64,000 nucleotides of DNA from Planctomycetota bacterium (lineage in GTDB: Bacteria; Planctomycetota; UBA8108; SXIK01). Below the pieces are notes generated by a model. It saw nothing but the letters and a program-made list of their open reading frames with translations. It ran no database searches and was not told the DNA's origin. A program made the position numbers and the translations under genes. Below are positions 19,621 to 28,038 of the stretch, piece after piece; position 1 is the first letter of the stretch; each line of letters begins with the position of its first letter. The stretch spans positions 5,664,001 through 5,728,000 of the forward strand of contig OZ244999.1 of assembly GCA_965223265.1 (NCBI GenBank), in the 5' to 3' direction.

Positions 19621-20292
19621 ATGGAGAAGAAGATGAAAGGCAGATTTGACGCCGCAGAGGATGCGTACCTGCGTAATAACCATCGCACAATGACCGATGC
19701 CGAGATTGCGTCGGCATTGAGCAGGACTAAGCCGAGCATCGCCGGGAGAAGGCGTGTTCTGGGCCTCAAGGGGAATCGACGAAAACCACGAAAAGCAACC
19801 TACCCCGGAAAAACGGAGGATGAGGCGGGCCGTCGGTTGTGGGAGGAGGCGTGCCGCCGGTCCCGGAACTTTCGTGGAATCGTTTCGACGCTCAGTAAGG
19901 ACGAGGAACTTGCCTACGTGGAAAACTGGATCGACTGGCATTCCGAGGAAATCCAGTTTACGGCGATGGAAGAGGATCTCGTCCATTACTCCATCTTGGC
20001 TCAGCTCCGAATCATTCGGTTGCTGAAGGAAGAACGGGAATCAATCGACTGGGCAACGGCGGAGAGAAAAAAGGGCAACCTCTCGGCGATGCCAGTATCC
20101 CGAATGAGAGAGATCAAAGAACAGTTCGCCATCGTCGCCAAGAATCACGAATCGCTCAATGTCGAAAGACGGCAACGGTTGAAGAATCGGCAAGAGGCTG
20201 GCAGCCGCTTTATCGATATTGTGAAGGCGAGCAAGGAAGCAGGAGCGGAGCCAGCTATGCTCAAATGCTTGAAGTGGAAGCGAATGAAGTAA
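19621..20292 (+). CDS. HTH-containing phage-type protein, possibly terminase small subunit-like
   Basis: N-terminal FDAAEDAYLRNNHRTMTDAEIASALSRT..SI..RRRVLGL HTH; helical C-terminus ending ESLNVERRQRLK. Confidence 0.6.
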   Translation: MEKKMKGRFDAAEDAYLRNNHRTMTDAEIASALSRTKPSIAGRRRVLGLKGNRRKPRKATYPGKTEDEAGRRLWEEACRRSRNFRGIVSTLSKDEELAYVENWIDWHSEEIQFTAMEEDLVHYSILAQLRIIRLLKEERESIDWATAERKKGNLSAMPVSRMREIKEQFAIVAKNHESLNVERRQRLKNRQEAGSRFIDIVKASKEAGAEPAMLKCLKWKRMK

Positions 20293-20427
20293 AAGGGGCG
20301 GTGTGTATTCCGGTGTCTTTTCTCGGGCATGTGCCCGGCCGCCTCAAAAAACTCGTCAGAAAGATGCCGAGGTAACTACTTCTGAGGTCGTACAAGATAT
20401 AGGGGACGATGGCAGTTGGAGGGAAAC

Positions 20428-20667
20428 ATGATAAGTGGGAAAAAGACAGGTGGGCGTTGTGGCACTTGGCTGCCTTACGCCAGAATCGCCGAACTGGAGG
20501 TCGTCGAGGAACGCACCGGCAAGAGCCGGAGTCGCTTGATTGCTCTCTGTGTGGAAAAAGCGATTCGGGAGATTGCCAAGGAAGAGCGTGTCCAGCTCCC
20601 GAGCCAAAAGGGGCTACCGTCTGACAGGCATTCGTATCTGGTTTCTAAGGGATTGGGGTTGGAATGA
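20428..20667 (+). CDS. Second small RHH-like regulator
   Basis: GGAGGG RBS; TWLP..RIAELEVVEERTGKSRSRLIALCVEKAI; ATGA overlap with the next gene. Confidence 0.6.
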   Translation: MISGKKTGGRCGTWLPYARIAELEVVEERTGKSRSRLIALCVEKAIREIAKEERVQLPSQKGLPSDRHSYLVSKGLGLE

Positions 20668-21320
20668 TCGATGAGATGAAAGCGGCGGTAGCCGCATTGA
20701 AGGAAGAGCATCTGAGCGACCTTTGCGTCTTTGCCGTCGATGGTCATGGAACGGACAAGCTCTTTTCTCTGACAGAGTCTCTTTCGAAGATTGATGACTG
20801 GGCGAAAGATGTCCTGCGTTCCGACGAGCCGATTTCGATCTCGCCCCTGCTCGTGTCTGCTCGGCAGTATTACGCCGGTTACAGTCGGTGGGGTCCAACG
20901 AAGCGACTGTCAGCCTCAGTTTCACACCACGGATATGTAAGCTGCTGCTTTCGAGTTCGGCTTCCAGTCCATGACGATGGAAATAGATTGATCGATGAGC
21001 TGGGTCTTTCCTTCGGCATTCTGGACGACAATGGCATTTTCACGGGCGTAATCCAGACTGAACCTCAAACCGAGAAGGATTGGCTTGCTGTTCAAAGCGA
21101 ACTTGCGGAGTTCGCAAAGACCTTCGGCGAGCCCAGAAAACAGTTTCAGCGGGGCGACACAATCCTTCTTCCTGACACCGTGTCTCGGGGAAACGTTGCG
21201 GCGGGAATGCGTAACCGCTCGGTGATCTACGGCCGGGAGGGCGTCCAAAATTCAGTAGACGTGGCGGCCCGAATCTCGTCTCTGACAAAGACGCCGAGTC
21301 GAGTCTTGGTCAGCAAGTGA
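20664..21320 (+). CDS. Hypothetical protein (218 aa)
   Basis: Translationally coupled at both ends (ATGA and GTGA overlaps); no recognisable motif. Confidence 0.7.
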   Translation: MIDEMKAAVAALKEEHLSDLCVFAVDGHGTDKLFSLTESLSKIDDWAKDVLRSDEPISISPLLVSARQYYAGYSRWGPTKRLSASVSHHGYVSCCFRVRLPVHDDGNRLIDELGLSFGILDDNGIFTGVIQTEPQTEKDWLAVQSELAEFAKTFGEPRKQFQRGDTILLPDTVSRGNVAAGMRNRSVIYGREGVQNSVDVAARISSLTKTPSRVLVSK

Positions 21321-21604
21321 TTGCAGAGCATTGCTGGTTCCTGGAACTGACCGACGGCACTCGGTTCCCTTTCCTTACGCAATGGGACGACGGTGCAACA
21401 AATCCTTTGACCTCGGTATCGGGATTCGATCTCGGAGACCATTGGGCGGTTCAAGGGCCGCTGGACAGGGTGGGACCAAGTGGCGGGCCTTTGCTGCCTG
21501 GGATGAACCACCACCCGTTGGCTTCGGGAATCGTAGAGGAGCCCGATTGCTGGGCGGTTCCCAAGGAACACGTGGTGCGGGTCTTTTCAGCACCGATGCT
21601 GTAA
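21317..21604 (+). CDS. Hypothetical protein (95 aa)
   Basis: GTGA overlap with the upstream gene; part of the operon. Confidence 0.6.
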   Translation: MIAEHCWFLELTDGTRFPFLTQWDDGATNPLTSVSGFDLGDHWAVQGPLDRVGPSGGPLLPGMNHHPLASGIVEEPDCWAVPKEHVVRVFSAPML

Positions 21605-21615
21605 GGAGTAGGGCG

Positions 21616-21873
21616 ATGCTCAGAGTCACAACGGCTGCACTGGCTGCAGCAATGCAGGAACAAGAAACATCGGACGACAAGATGCGTCATGTGCTCGCAT
21701 CCAACGTACTCGGAGAAGTCGATGCGGCTGTGTTGGAGTATTGGGATCGCCCTGGACACACGACCGTCCGAGAGGTTGAAGATCCCTTCGCCGTTGCGTC
21801 CGAGATGATTCGATCGATGCGTCGGGTCTTTCCGGACGGCTCGGTCGAAATCGAAGTTGAAATGGGAGAATGA
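21616..21873 (+). CDS. Hypothetical protein (85 aa)
   Basis: TAAGGAG RBS before ATG 21616 (MLRVTTAAL...). Confidence 0.65.
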   Translation: MLRVTTAALAAAMQEQETSDDKMRHVLASNVLGEVDAAVLEYWDRPGHTTVREVEDPFAVASEMIRSMRRVFPDGSVEIEVEMGE

Positions 21874-21874
21874 A

Positions 21875-22144
21875 ATGGCGATTAGATTGACAGTTCCCGA
21901 ACCGAGGGACAATCGAAAGATGACTGACGAAGAGGCCCGCAGGACTGTTGAACAGTCCAATGATGGGGCGGCACCCGGAAACCCCCTTGTCCCGAGCGAG
22001 GCCGAGGTTGATCCAATGGATATCGAGGCCGATTCCGATGGATTCACTCCCGAGGTCTCCGACCAGCCACTCGCACGGAATGTCGTCGAGTTTGAAGTGA
22101 ACGAGGGTTTCGACGGAGACATGCCGATCGGCGTAATCGTGTAA
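21875..22144 (+). CDS. Acidic hypothetical protein (89 aa)
   Basis: GGAG RBS; starts 1 nt after the previous stop; rich in D, E and P. Confidence 0.6.
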   Translation: MAIRLTVPEPRDNRKMTDEEARRTVEQSNDGAAPGNPLVPSEAEVDPMDIEADSDGFTPEVSDQPLARNVVEFEVNEGFDGDMPIGVIV

Positions 22145-22710
22145 ACGAGAAGGGGTCGCCAGGTTCTGCAAAATCCGTCTTCCGTGTCCGGCGGCCCTAC
22201 AGGGATAGGGCGGGGTCCATGTGTCGATCTCTACACGCCATGATCCCGCTCCACGAGATGAAGGCGAGGAACGATTCAGCAACCGGCTCTCGCCCAGGGA
22301 AAGACTCTGTTCTTTCCCTCAAAATACAGATGCCCGTGTCAGGCGGGCTTCACCTCCATGAAGAGACCTCCGAGGTTTCTGCATCAGGAACGCTGTGACT
22401 ACAAATCATGGCGTTCCTTTTTTTGTTCCCCTGTTGGTAGATACCTTGTAGACGTTTGGTAATCATTTGACTTGCAATAGTGGTATATACCTTGCCCTTG
22501 GCAAGCCTACGTAATCCCACCATGCCGGTGGGTCTGCCTGGCACACGAGACGCACGGAATCCGTTAAAGCCTGGCGGGGTCGTTTTCGCCTTCGATCCTT
22601 ATGCCTCCGGGTATGCAATTGTGGCAGTGTCTTTGTCAAAAGAGATTGGTGGCAACCATCTCTTCTTCTTGATAGAGCCTGTTCAGAATAGAAACGCTCA
22701 ATACCAAAAT

Positions 22711-22743
22711 TTGATAACAATGGTCGAGTAGTCAGGTTATCAA
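22711..22743. promoter_or_regulatory. Inverted repeat TTGATAAC-N17-GTTATCAA upstream of the second recombinase
   Basis: Perfect 8-bp IR in an AT-rich stretch about 60 bp before the gene; function is inferred. Confidence 0.45.
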
Positions 22744-22804
22744 CTATGCGTTATTATTTATGTGAATGATGATTCAAACGTAGTAAGACGTTTACCAAGA
22801 GGAG

Positions 22805-23731
22805 ATGTTGATGCTGCCCGCCTTGACTCACAACGATGCCCTCTCCACCGAAACCGACCCCGCTCGTGCTGTGTTTGCCTACTTGTCTTCGTTGAGTCCA
22901 AAGGGTCGCCGCTCGATGTCGTCCCGTCTCAACAAGATTGCGGGGCTCCTGGGCTACTCTGTGGAGTCTTGCCCCTGGCACCGGCTCTCATACGAAACAC
23001 TCTCGATGCTGAGGACTCGACTGACCGAGGACGGCCTGAGTCCGGCTTCCGTGAACACCTGCCTGGCGGCCGCCAAGGGAATCCTGCGGGAGTGTTTCCG
23101 GCTCGGAATGCTTACCGCCGAGGAGTGGCAGCGTGTCCAAATGGTCAAAGGGATCAAGGGGAGTCGGCTTCCTGCCGGTAGAGAGCTTGGTCAAGAGGAA
23201 GTGCGGGCATTACTCAACACCTGCCACCCAAGTCCTCTTGGGATTCGAGACCGAGCCATCATTCAGACGCTTTACAGCACCGGGCTCCGTCGCCAGGAAC
23301 TCGTGAGCGTTCGCCTGGAGAACTTCGGCGGCGACTCCGTCACAGTCGTAGCCAAGGGCAACAAGGAACACCGGGCTTTCCTGTCTGAGTCGGCACGTCA
23401 AGCGGTGCAAGAATGGCTTCAGGTTCGGGGCGAGGAACCTGGCTTCTTGTTCGTGCGAGTCCGCAAGGGCGGCAAGATTGGGGACGTGGACAAAGCCCTC
23501 TCTGACCAAGCCGTTTACGCAATGCTGAAGAAGAGAGGAGAGGCCGCAGGGCTGGAGTCCTTCACCGTTCACGACTTTCGCCGAACGGCGGCCTCCACCT
23601 TGCTCGACAGGGGCGTTGATATCGCCACCGTGTCCAAAGTTCTCAACCACTCATCCGTAACGACTACTGCCCGCTATGACCGGAGAGGCGACCGCAAGAA
23701 AGCCGATGCTGCTCGTCTGTTGAGCCTCTGA
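22805..23731 (+). CDS. XerC/D-like tyrosine recombinase
   Basis: RDRAIIQTLYSTGLRRQE, KGNK and HDFRRT...LNHSSVTTTARYDRR motifs; GAGGAG RBS. Confidence 0.95.
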   Translation: MLMLPALTHNDALSTETDPARAVFAYLSSLSPKGRRSMSSRLNKIAGLLGYSVESCPWHRLSYETLSMLRTRLTEDGLSPASVNTCLAAAKGILRECFRLGMLTAEEWQRVQMVKGIKGSRLPAGRELGQEEVRALLNTCHPSPLGIRDRAIIQTLYSTGLRRQELVSVRLENFGGDSVTVVAKGNKEHRAFLSESARQAVQEWLQVRGEEPGFLFVRVRKGGKIGDVDKALSDQAVYAMLKKRGEAAGLESFTVHDFRRTAASTLLDRGVDIATVSKVLNHSSVTTTARYDRRGDRKKADAARLLSL

Positions 23732-23753
23732 GTCGGGACTGGAAGGAGAACAC

Positions 23754-23975
23754 GTGGAAATCGTGATCGCCATCATCCTGATCGTATTGTTCGCCGCTCG
23801 TGTCTACTCGGAGTTCCGGGTGTCCTGTCGAAAGCAAGATGCCAGACAAGAGTGGATGGAAGCACGACAACGGGTCAGGGAGTCGGCCGAGGACGGCGAA
23901 GCACTCGGATTCTTTCTCGGCTACCACTTGTTCTACACCGCTCCGCAAGAGGACGACGAATGCTCTACCAAGTAG
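23754..23975 (+). CDS. Small single-TM protein
   Basis: AAGGAG RBS with GTG start; MEIVIAIILIVLFAA hydrophobic helix. Confidence 0.7.
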   Translation: MEIVIAIILIVLFAARVYSEFRVSCRKQDARQEWMEARQRVRESAEDGEALGFFLGYHLFYTAPQEDDECSTK

Positions 23976-24190
23976 TTTTTGGTGCCGAGACAATCTACCA
24001 GGGGTTCGGCAAGTACGAGGCGGCCGAAATCTACAACGCAGCCGTAGAGAACGGAGCGTTTCCCGTAACCGCATACTTTGACGGCTGTCCGATTGAGCAC
24101 TTCGACCCGTTCGACGCTTTCCAATACCAAGACCCTTGGGATTTCGGGGACTGGAACCTGGACGACTTCGAAGGATTCGAGTTTTTGTGA
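23960..24190 (+). CDS. Small, very acidic, aromatic-rich protein (76 aa)
   Basis: GAGGA RBS and ATG 23960; 15 D/E versus 1 K and 0 R. Confidence 0.65.
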   Translation: MLYQVVFGAETIYQGFGKYEAAEIYNAAVENGAFPVTAYFDGCPIEHFDPFDAFQYQDPWDFGDWNLDDFEGFEFL

Positions 24191-24375
24191 GCGACTTGGC
24201 GGGCTCCCATCCCTCGTGCTGGGTGGTCAAAGAGAGAGGGGCGGGCATCCTTTTGACCGAGACCACGCCGGAGCGTACCGAGGGGAATTCAGGGGAAGTT
24301 GGCTCGGCATAGAAGAGTTTGTGCTGGCCGAGTAAACTGGCGGTTTGACGATCGCAGAGAAGTGGAGGAGACGCC

Positions 24376-26148
24376 GTGGCCTCGCAGCCTTACGACCTGT
24401 TTATCAGCCACGCCACCGAAGACAAGGCGGGCTTTGTTGAGCCGTTGGTTGCTGCCTTGGACGAGAAGGGGCTCTCGGTCTGGTACGACCGGAAGATCTT
24501 CAAACTCGGCGACAGCATCCGGGGCAAGATTGATGAAGGGCTCGCTGGTACCCGTTTCGGTGTCGTCGTGTTGAGCCAGACGTACGCAGCGAAACAATGG
24601 ACAAAAAACGAGCTGGGTGCGTTGATGGCGAAGGAGACCGATGGCGAGAAGGTCATCCTCCCCATCTGGCACGGCGTCGGAACCGAAGACGTGAAGCGGC
24701 TCTTTCCGACGTTGGCGGACCGCATCGCCGTATCGTCAGGAGAAGGGATTGACGCTTGCGTGGAGGCGATTGTAGACGCTCTCTCTGACGAAGGAACGCC
24801 CGTGAGTCCGACTCAGATCCGCCCCCCCGGAGGCGTCGGGCTTGGTCAGGAGGAAAAGGAAATTCTACTTGCTGCAGTTAGTGGTGAACCCGAAGACGTT
24901 GTGATGGAGTGGAACACAGGCGGGCACAGACTTGAGGCCGGTGGGCGTGACCTCACGCAGAATGCAGACAGGCGAGCCATCGCAAGGTACAGAGCTGCGG
25001 TCCAGCGTCTCGTTTCCCGTGGGCACCTTGACCAGTCAACGGCAAGCGATTGCCTGTACGACATTACGCACCAGGGGTACGAGGCTGCCGACAGGCTTAA
25101 GGCGGAATCCACTGCTTCTGTTGAGCCAACCCAAGTGCAAGAACGCAGAGAAGAGTTAGGTCAAGGGGAGCAAGAGCTTCTTGTCGCCGCTGCAGGCGAT
25201 GACGGCTACGTGCTTTCCGCCGGACACAAGCAAGGACACGACGTGCAGGCGGGCGGGCGAAACTTCACACAGAACGCTAACCCGAGAACCATCGAGAAGT
25301 ACAAGGCGGCGGTTCGGAAGCTTGTCGAGCGTCGGTACCTCGAAGCTCAAGGGCACAAGAACGAGGTGTTTAAGGTATCGCATGAGGGATACGAAGCGGC
25401 GGACAAGATCCGGGGCAATGTTCTTGTTGAACCTGTCGAGCCGCCGGACTGGGCCGAGTCACTGGCAAGGTATCGCCAGGACTTTCCGGATGTGGCGGCA
25501 TTCCTATCCATCTCGAATGCGTTTGGCCGGAACGCCTCTGTCAGCTACGACGAGTTCCGGGAGACGGTCATCAAGAAGAGGTTGAATCTCGGAGACATGT
25601 ACGGATGGCCGTGGTTCGGTCCGCCGCCGGAGGGGATGAATCCCGAATGGCAGCGAAGACGAGGTGTCCGCCTACCGTATTTTGAGAAATACTACTGGGA
25701 TATTCTGGAGTCGGGGCACTTCCTTTTCTGCACCAACACGTTCACGTGGAACGACGACGACACAAGCTCGGTCGGTGTGCGGACAATGCTCTACCATCTT
25801 CTCGTAGACTTGACGTTCGCTGGAAGGGTTGCAGCAGCGTTTGGCGTCTCAGGTTCGGGTGGCGGAGTTGAACTCTCGCTGCACGGTGTCAAAGGGCGGA
25901 GGCTGCATTGTCAGGCAGATCTGCAGACCGTGTTCCCCGAGTGCACGGTTGACAGGTTCACGGCCCCGCTTGACTACGCCTTTTCGTCGAACCCGGATGC
26001 CATTCGAGAAGCAGCTATCGATGTCGTGTACGAACTGCTGACCTACTTCCCTCAGCCTCACGATGGCAGCCGCCTTATCCATCGAAACCAACTGGAGCAG
26101 CCCGCCAGGGACATTCAACAGAAGAATGGTCTCTTGGGAGACACTTGA
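24376..26148 (+). CDS. TIR-domain protein with two ~85-aa winged-helix-like repeats and a C-terminal alpha/beta domain
   Basis: YDLFISHATEDK, VWYD, GDSI..KIDEGL, VVVLS and WTKNEL (catalytic Glu) motifs; repeats at 24841-25098 and 25156-25410; GGAGGAG RBS. Confidence 0.92.
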   Translation: MASQPYDLFISHATEDKAGFVEPLVAALDEKGLSVWYDRKIFKLGDSIRGKIDEGLAGTRFGVVVLSQTYAAKQWTKNELGALMAKETDGEKVILPIWHGVGTEDVKRLFPTLADRIAVSSGEGIDACVEAIVDALSDEGTPVSPTQIRPPGGVGLGQEEKEILLAAVSGEPEDVVMEWNTGGHRLEAGGRDLTQNADRRAIARYRAAVQRLVSRGHLDQSTASDCLYDITHQGYEAADRLKAESTASVEPTQVQERREELGQGEQELLVAAAGDDGYVLSAGHKQGHDVQAGGRNFTQNANPRTIEKYKAAVRKLVERRYLEAQGHKNEVFKVSHEGYEAADKIRGNVLVEPVEPPDWAESLARYRQDFPDVAAFLSISNAFGRNASVSYDEFRETVIKKRLNLGDMYGWPWFGPPPEGMNPEWQRRRGVRLPYFEKYYWDILESGHFLFCTNTFTWNDDDTSSVGVRTMLYHLLVDLTFAGRVAAAFGVSGSGGGVELSLHGVKGRRLHCQADLQTVFPECTVDRFTAPLDYAFSSNPDAIREAAIDVVYELLTYFPQPHDGSRLIHRNQLEQPARDIQQKNGLLGDT

Positions 26149-26351
26149 TTCTGTCTTCCAAATGTCAAGCGTTTGCTGAGTTTCCGTATTGCGTCAGACG
26201 TTTGCCATTCCCGTTACTCGACACTTTCCTTTTTCTTGATAATGCGTTTATGTGTGTACGTTTACGTAGTTTTGCCCTGTTGGTTCGACGGTTTCCATCT
26301 ACATCTCTATTCTGATGAAAAGATGTAGTTTCTAAGTTTCGGAGCGATCTG

Positions 26352-26380
26352 TTGACAGTCGGCTTGTGCCGGTGCATCCT
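26352..26380 (+). promoter_or_regulatory. sigma70-type promoter TTGACA-N17-CATCCT
   Basis: Perfect -35 box and 17-nt spacer, upstream of the AAAGGAG RBS of the 26407 gene. Confidence 0.6.
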
Positions 26381-26406
26381 CCGGAAACTCAGTAAAGGAG
26401 AGCCCG

Positions 26407-26760
26407 ATGCCGAAGTCCTTGGAAGCCAAGATTTCCGACGTGATAGAGGCGAGAGATGCCGTAATCGCCGAAATCGATGCCCAGATAGCGGAACTCCAAG
26501 CCAAGAAGGCCGAGCTTCTGGCCGGCCGGAATGACACTAAGCCTCCGTCAAAGTCAAAAGGGGGCCGTGGACGCCGAGCGAGCGTTAATGATCGGGAGCT
26601 TACCAAACTGGTGAAACAAGGCTGGACAGCCAAGAGGCTGGCGGCACACTTCGGAGTCTCAACGCAGACCATCCAGAACCGAAAGGCGAAGCTGGGACTA
26701 ACGAAGCCGAGGAAACGCAAGAAGAAAGCGAAGAAGAACACGGGGAGAACGAAGAGATGA
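26407..26760 (+). CDS. Small basic coiled-coil + HTH DNA-binding protein
   Basis: N-terminal heptads (IAEIDAQIAELQAKKAELL); HTH WTAKRLAAHFGVSTQTIQNR; Lys-rich tail. Confidence 0.8.
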   Translation: MPKSLEAKISDVIEARDAVIAEIDAQIAELQAKKAELLAGRNDTKPPSKSKGGRGRRASVNDRELTKLVKQGWTAKRLAAHFGVSTQTIQNRKAKLGLTKPRKRKKKAKKNTGRTKR

Positions 26761-26815
26761 CGCACCGTTCTCATTGGATAGGAAGGCTGCCGCAAAGATT
26801 CGCTATGTGAACACT

Positions 26816-28036
26816 ATGGCAAAGAAGAGAACTCGAAAACCTCCGAGGCGAATCCAAAAGCCGAAGCTTGACCCATTCGTGGTGATCGTCGATACGAATA
26901 TGCTTTGGTTCAAGGACAAAGAGCCGCCGGTCAACCCGGAGTTCGACGAGCTGTGGAGCGAGCTCGAGTCGATGGTAAGCCTGGAACTGGTCATTCCAGA
27001 GGTGGTAAGGGGCGAGATTCTCTTTCAGCATACGACCTCTGCCCAGAAAGCCATTGACAAGGCGTTTGGGGAGATCGAGTTGGTATCGAAGATTACTGCG
27101 AAGAAGCAGCATTTTCGTTACCCGAAAGACAGGATTCGAAAACAAATAGAGAAGAAAATCGACGAGTGGATCAAGGGGAAAAAAGCAGCCGTCGCTGCGA
27201 CACCTTATGACGAGATCGATTGGAGTGATTTGTGTCAGCGATCCATATGGAGGCAGCCGCCGTTCACTTTTGACCCGAAGGATTCCAAAACTGAGAAAGG
27301 CTTTCGGGATGCATTGATACTTGAGACGGTGGTAAGTGTTGCACGTGCAGAGAAGAGGAAAGTCAATCTTTCGTTCTTGTGCGGGGATTTCTTGCTCCGT
27401 ACTACCTCCGACAAGCGACTCAAGGACGATGAGCGGTTTTCAAGTTACGAAACAGCCGCCGATTTTGCTTCATTCATCAAGCTTGCCAAAGATGAAACTA
27501 ACCAGAAGTTTGTTCGTGCAATTCTCAATCGAGCTCGAAGGAAGTTCTATGCCGACGGCGAGCCGGACTGCCTTTGGAGAAGAGAGAAACTCGTTGATCG
27601 AATCCGAGATGAGTTTGATTCGTACTTCGAGAAGCCGGAACTCTCGCAGGACTCTTCCTTACCCTTGCTTCGACTGATCCACGGAGACTTGCGAGCGGTT
27701 GGGTCCGGGAGATGGAAACTCGGAAAGCCAGAGTTCATTAGCATCGAAGGAGAGCGAACATATCATTGGAGGTCAGTATTGACGTTCGCTCAGTTGTACG
27801 TGTCAGAGGGAGAGCGAGGAGGCTCGGAATCGTTCTTTCAGGTGCATGAGGCAGAGAAAATTCTTGTCCTTCCGTTTTCCGTATTTTGGAAGGCGGATAT
27901 CAAGGCCGACGGCAGATTCTACAAGATCGATCTTGAGACGATCGAATTGACAGGTAACGAGTACCGCAATCCACTCAAAGAGGACCGGGAAAAGTTCCGT
28001 TCGCTTTGGGATGAGGAGGTGGAGGAGACAGGGTAA
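26816..28036 (+). CDS. PIN-domain protein (DUF4935/PIN_12-like)
   Basis: VIVDTN, VIPEVVRGE, PPF...KGFRDALILE and FLCGD give a full acidic tetrad. Confidence 0.88.
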   Translation: MAKKRTRKPPRRIQKPKLDPFVVIVDTNMLWFKDKEPPVNPEFDELWSELESMVSLELVIPEVVRGEILFQHTTSAQKAIDKAFGEIELVSKITAKKQHFRYPKDRIRKQIEKKIDEWIKGKKAAVAATPYDEIDWSDLCQRSIWRQPPFTFDPKDSKTEKGFRDALILETVVSVARAEKRKVNLSFLCGDFLLRTTSDKRLKDDERFSSYETAADFASFIKLAKDETNQKFVRAILNRARRKFYADGEPDCLWRREKLVDRIRDEFDSYFEKPELSQDSSLPLLRLIHGDLRAVGSGRWKLGKPEFISIEGERTYHWRSVLTFAQLYVSEGERGGSESFFQVHEAEKILVLPFSVFWKADIKADGRFYKIDLETIELTGNEYRNPLKEDREKFRSLWDEEVEETG

Positions 28037-28038
28037 GC

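Noticed and set aside
26230-26260. Chromosomal dif site
   Set aside because: The ATAA/TTAT spacing is 5 rather than 6 and the arms match poorly; kept only as a weak similarity to the 22711 site.
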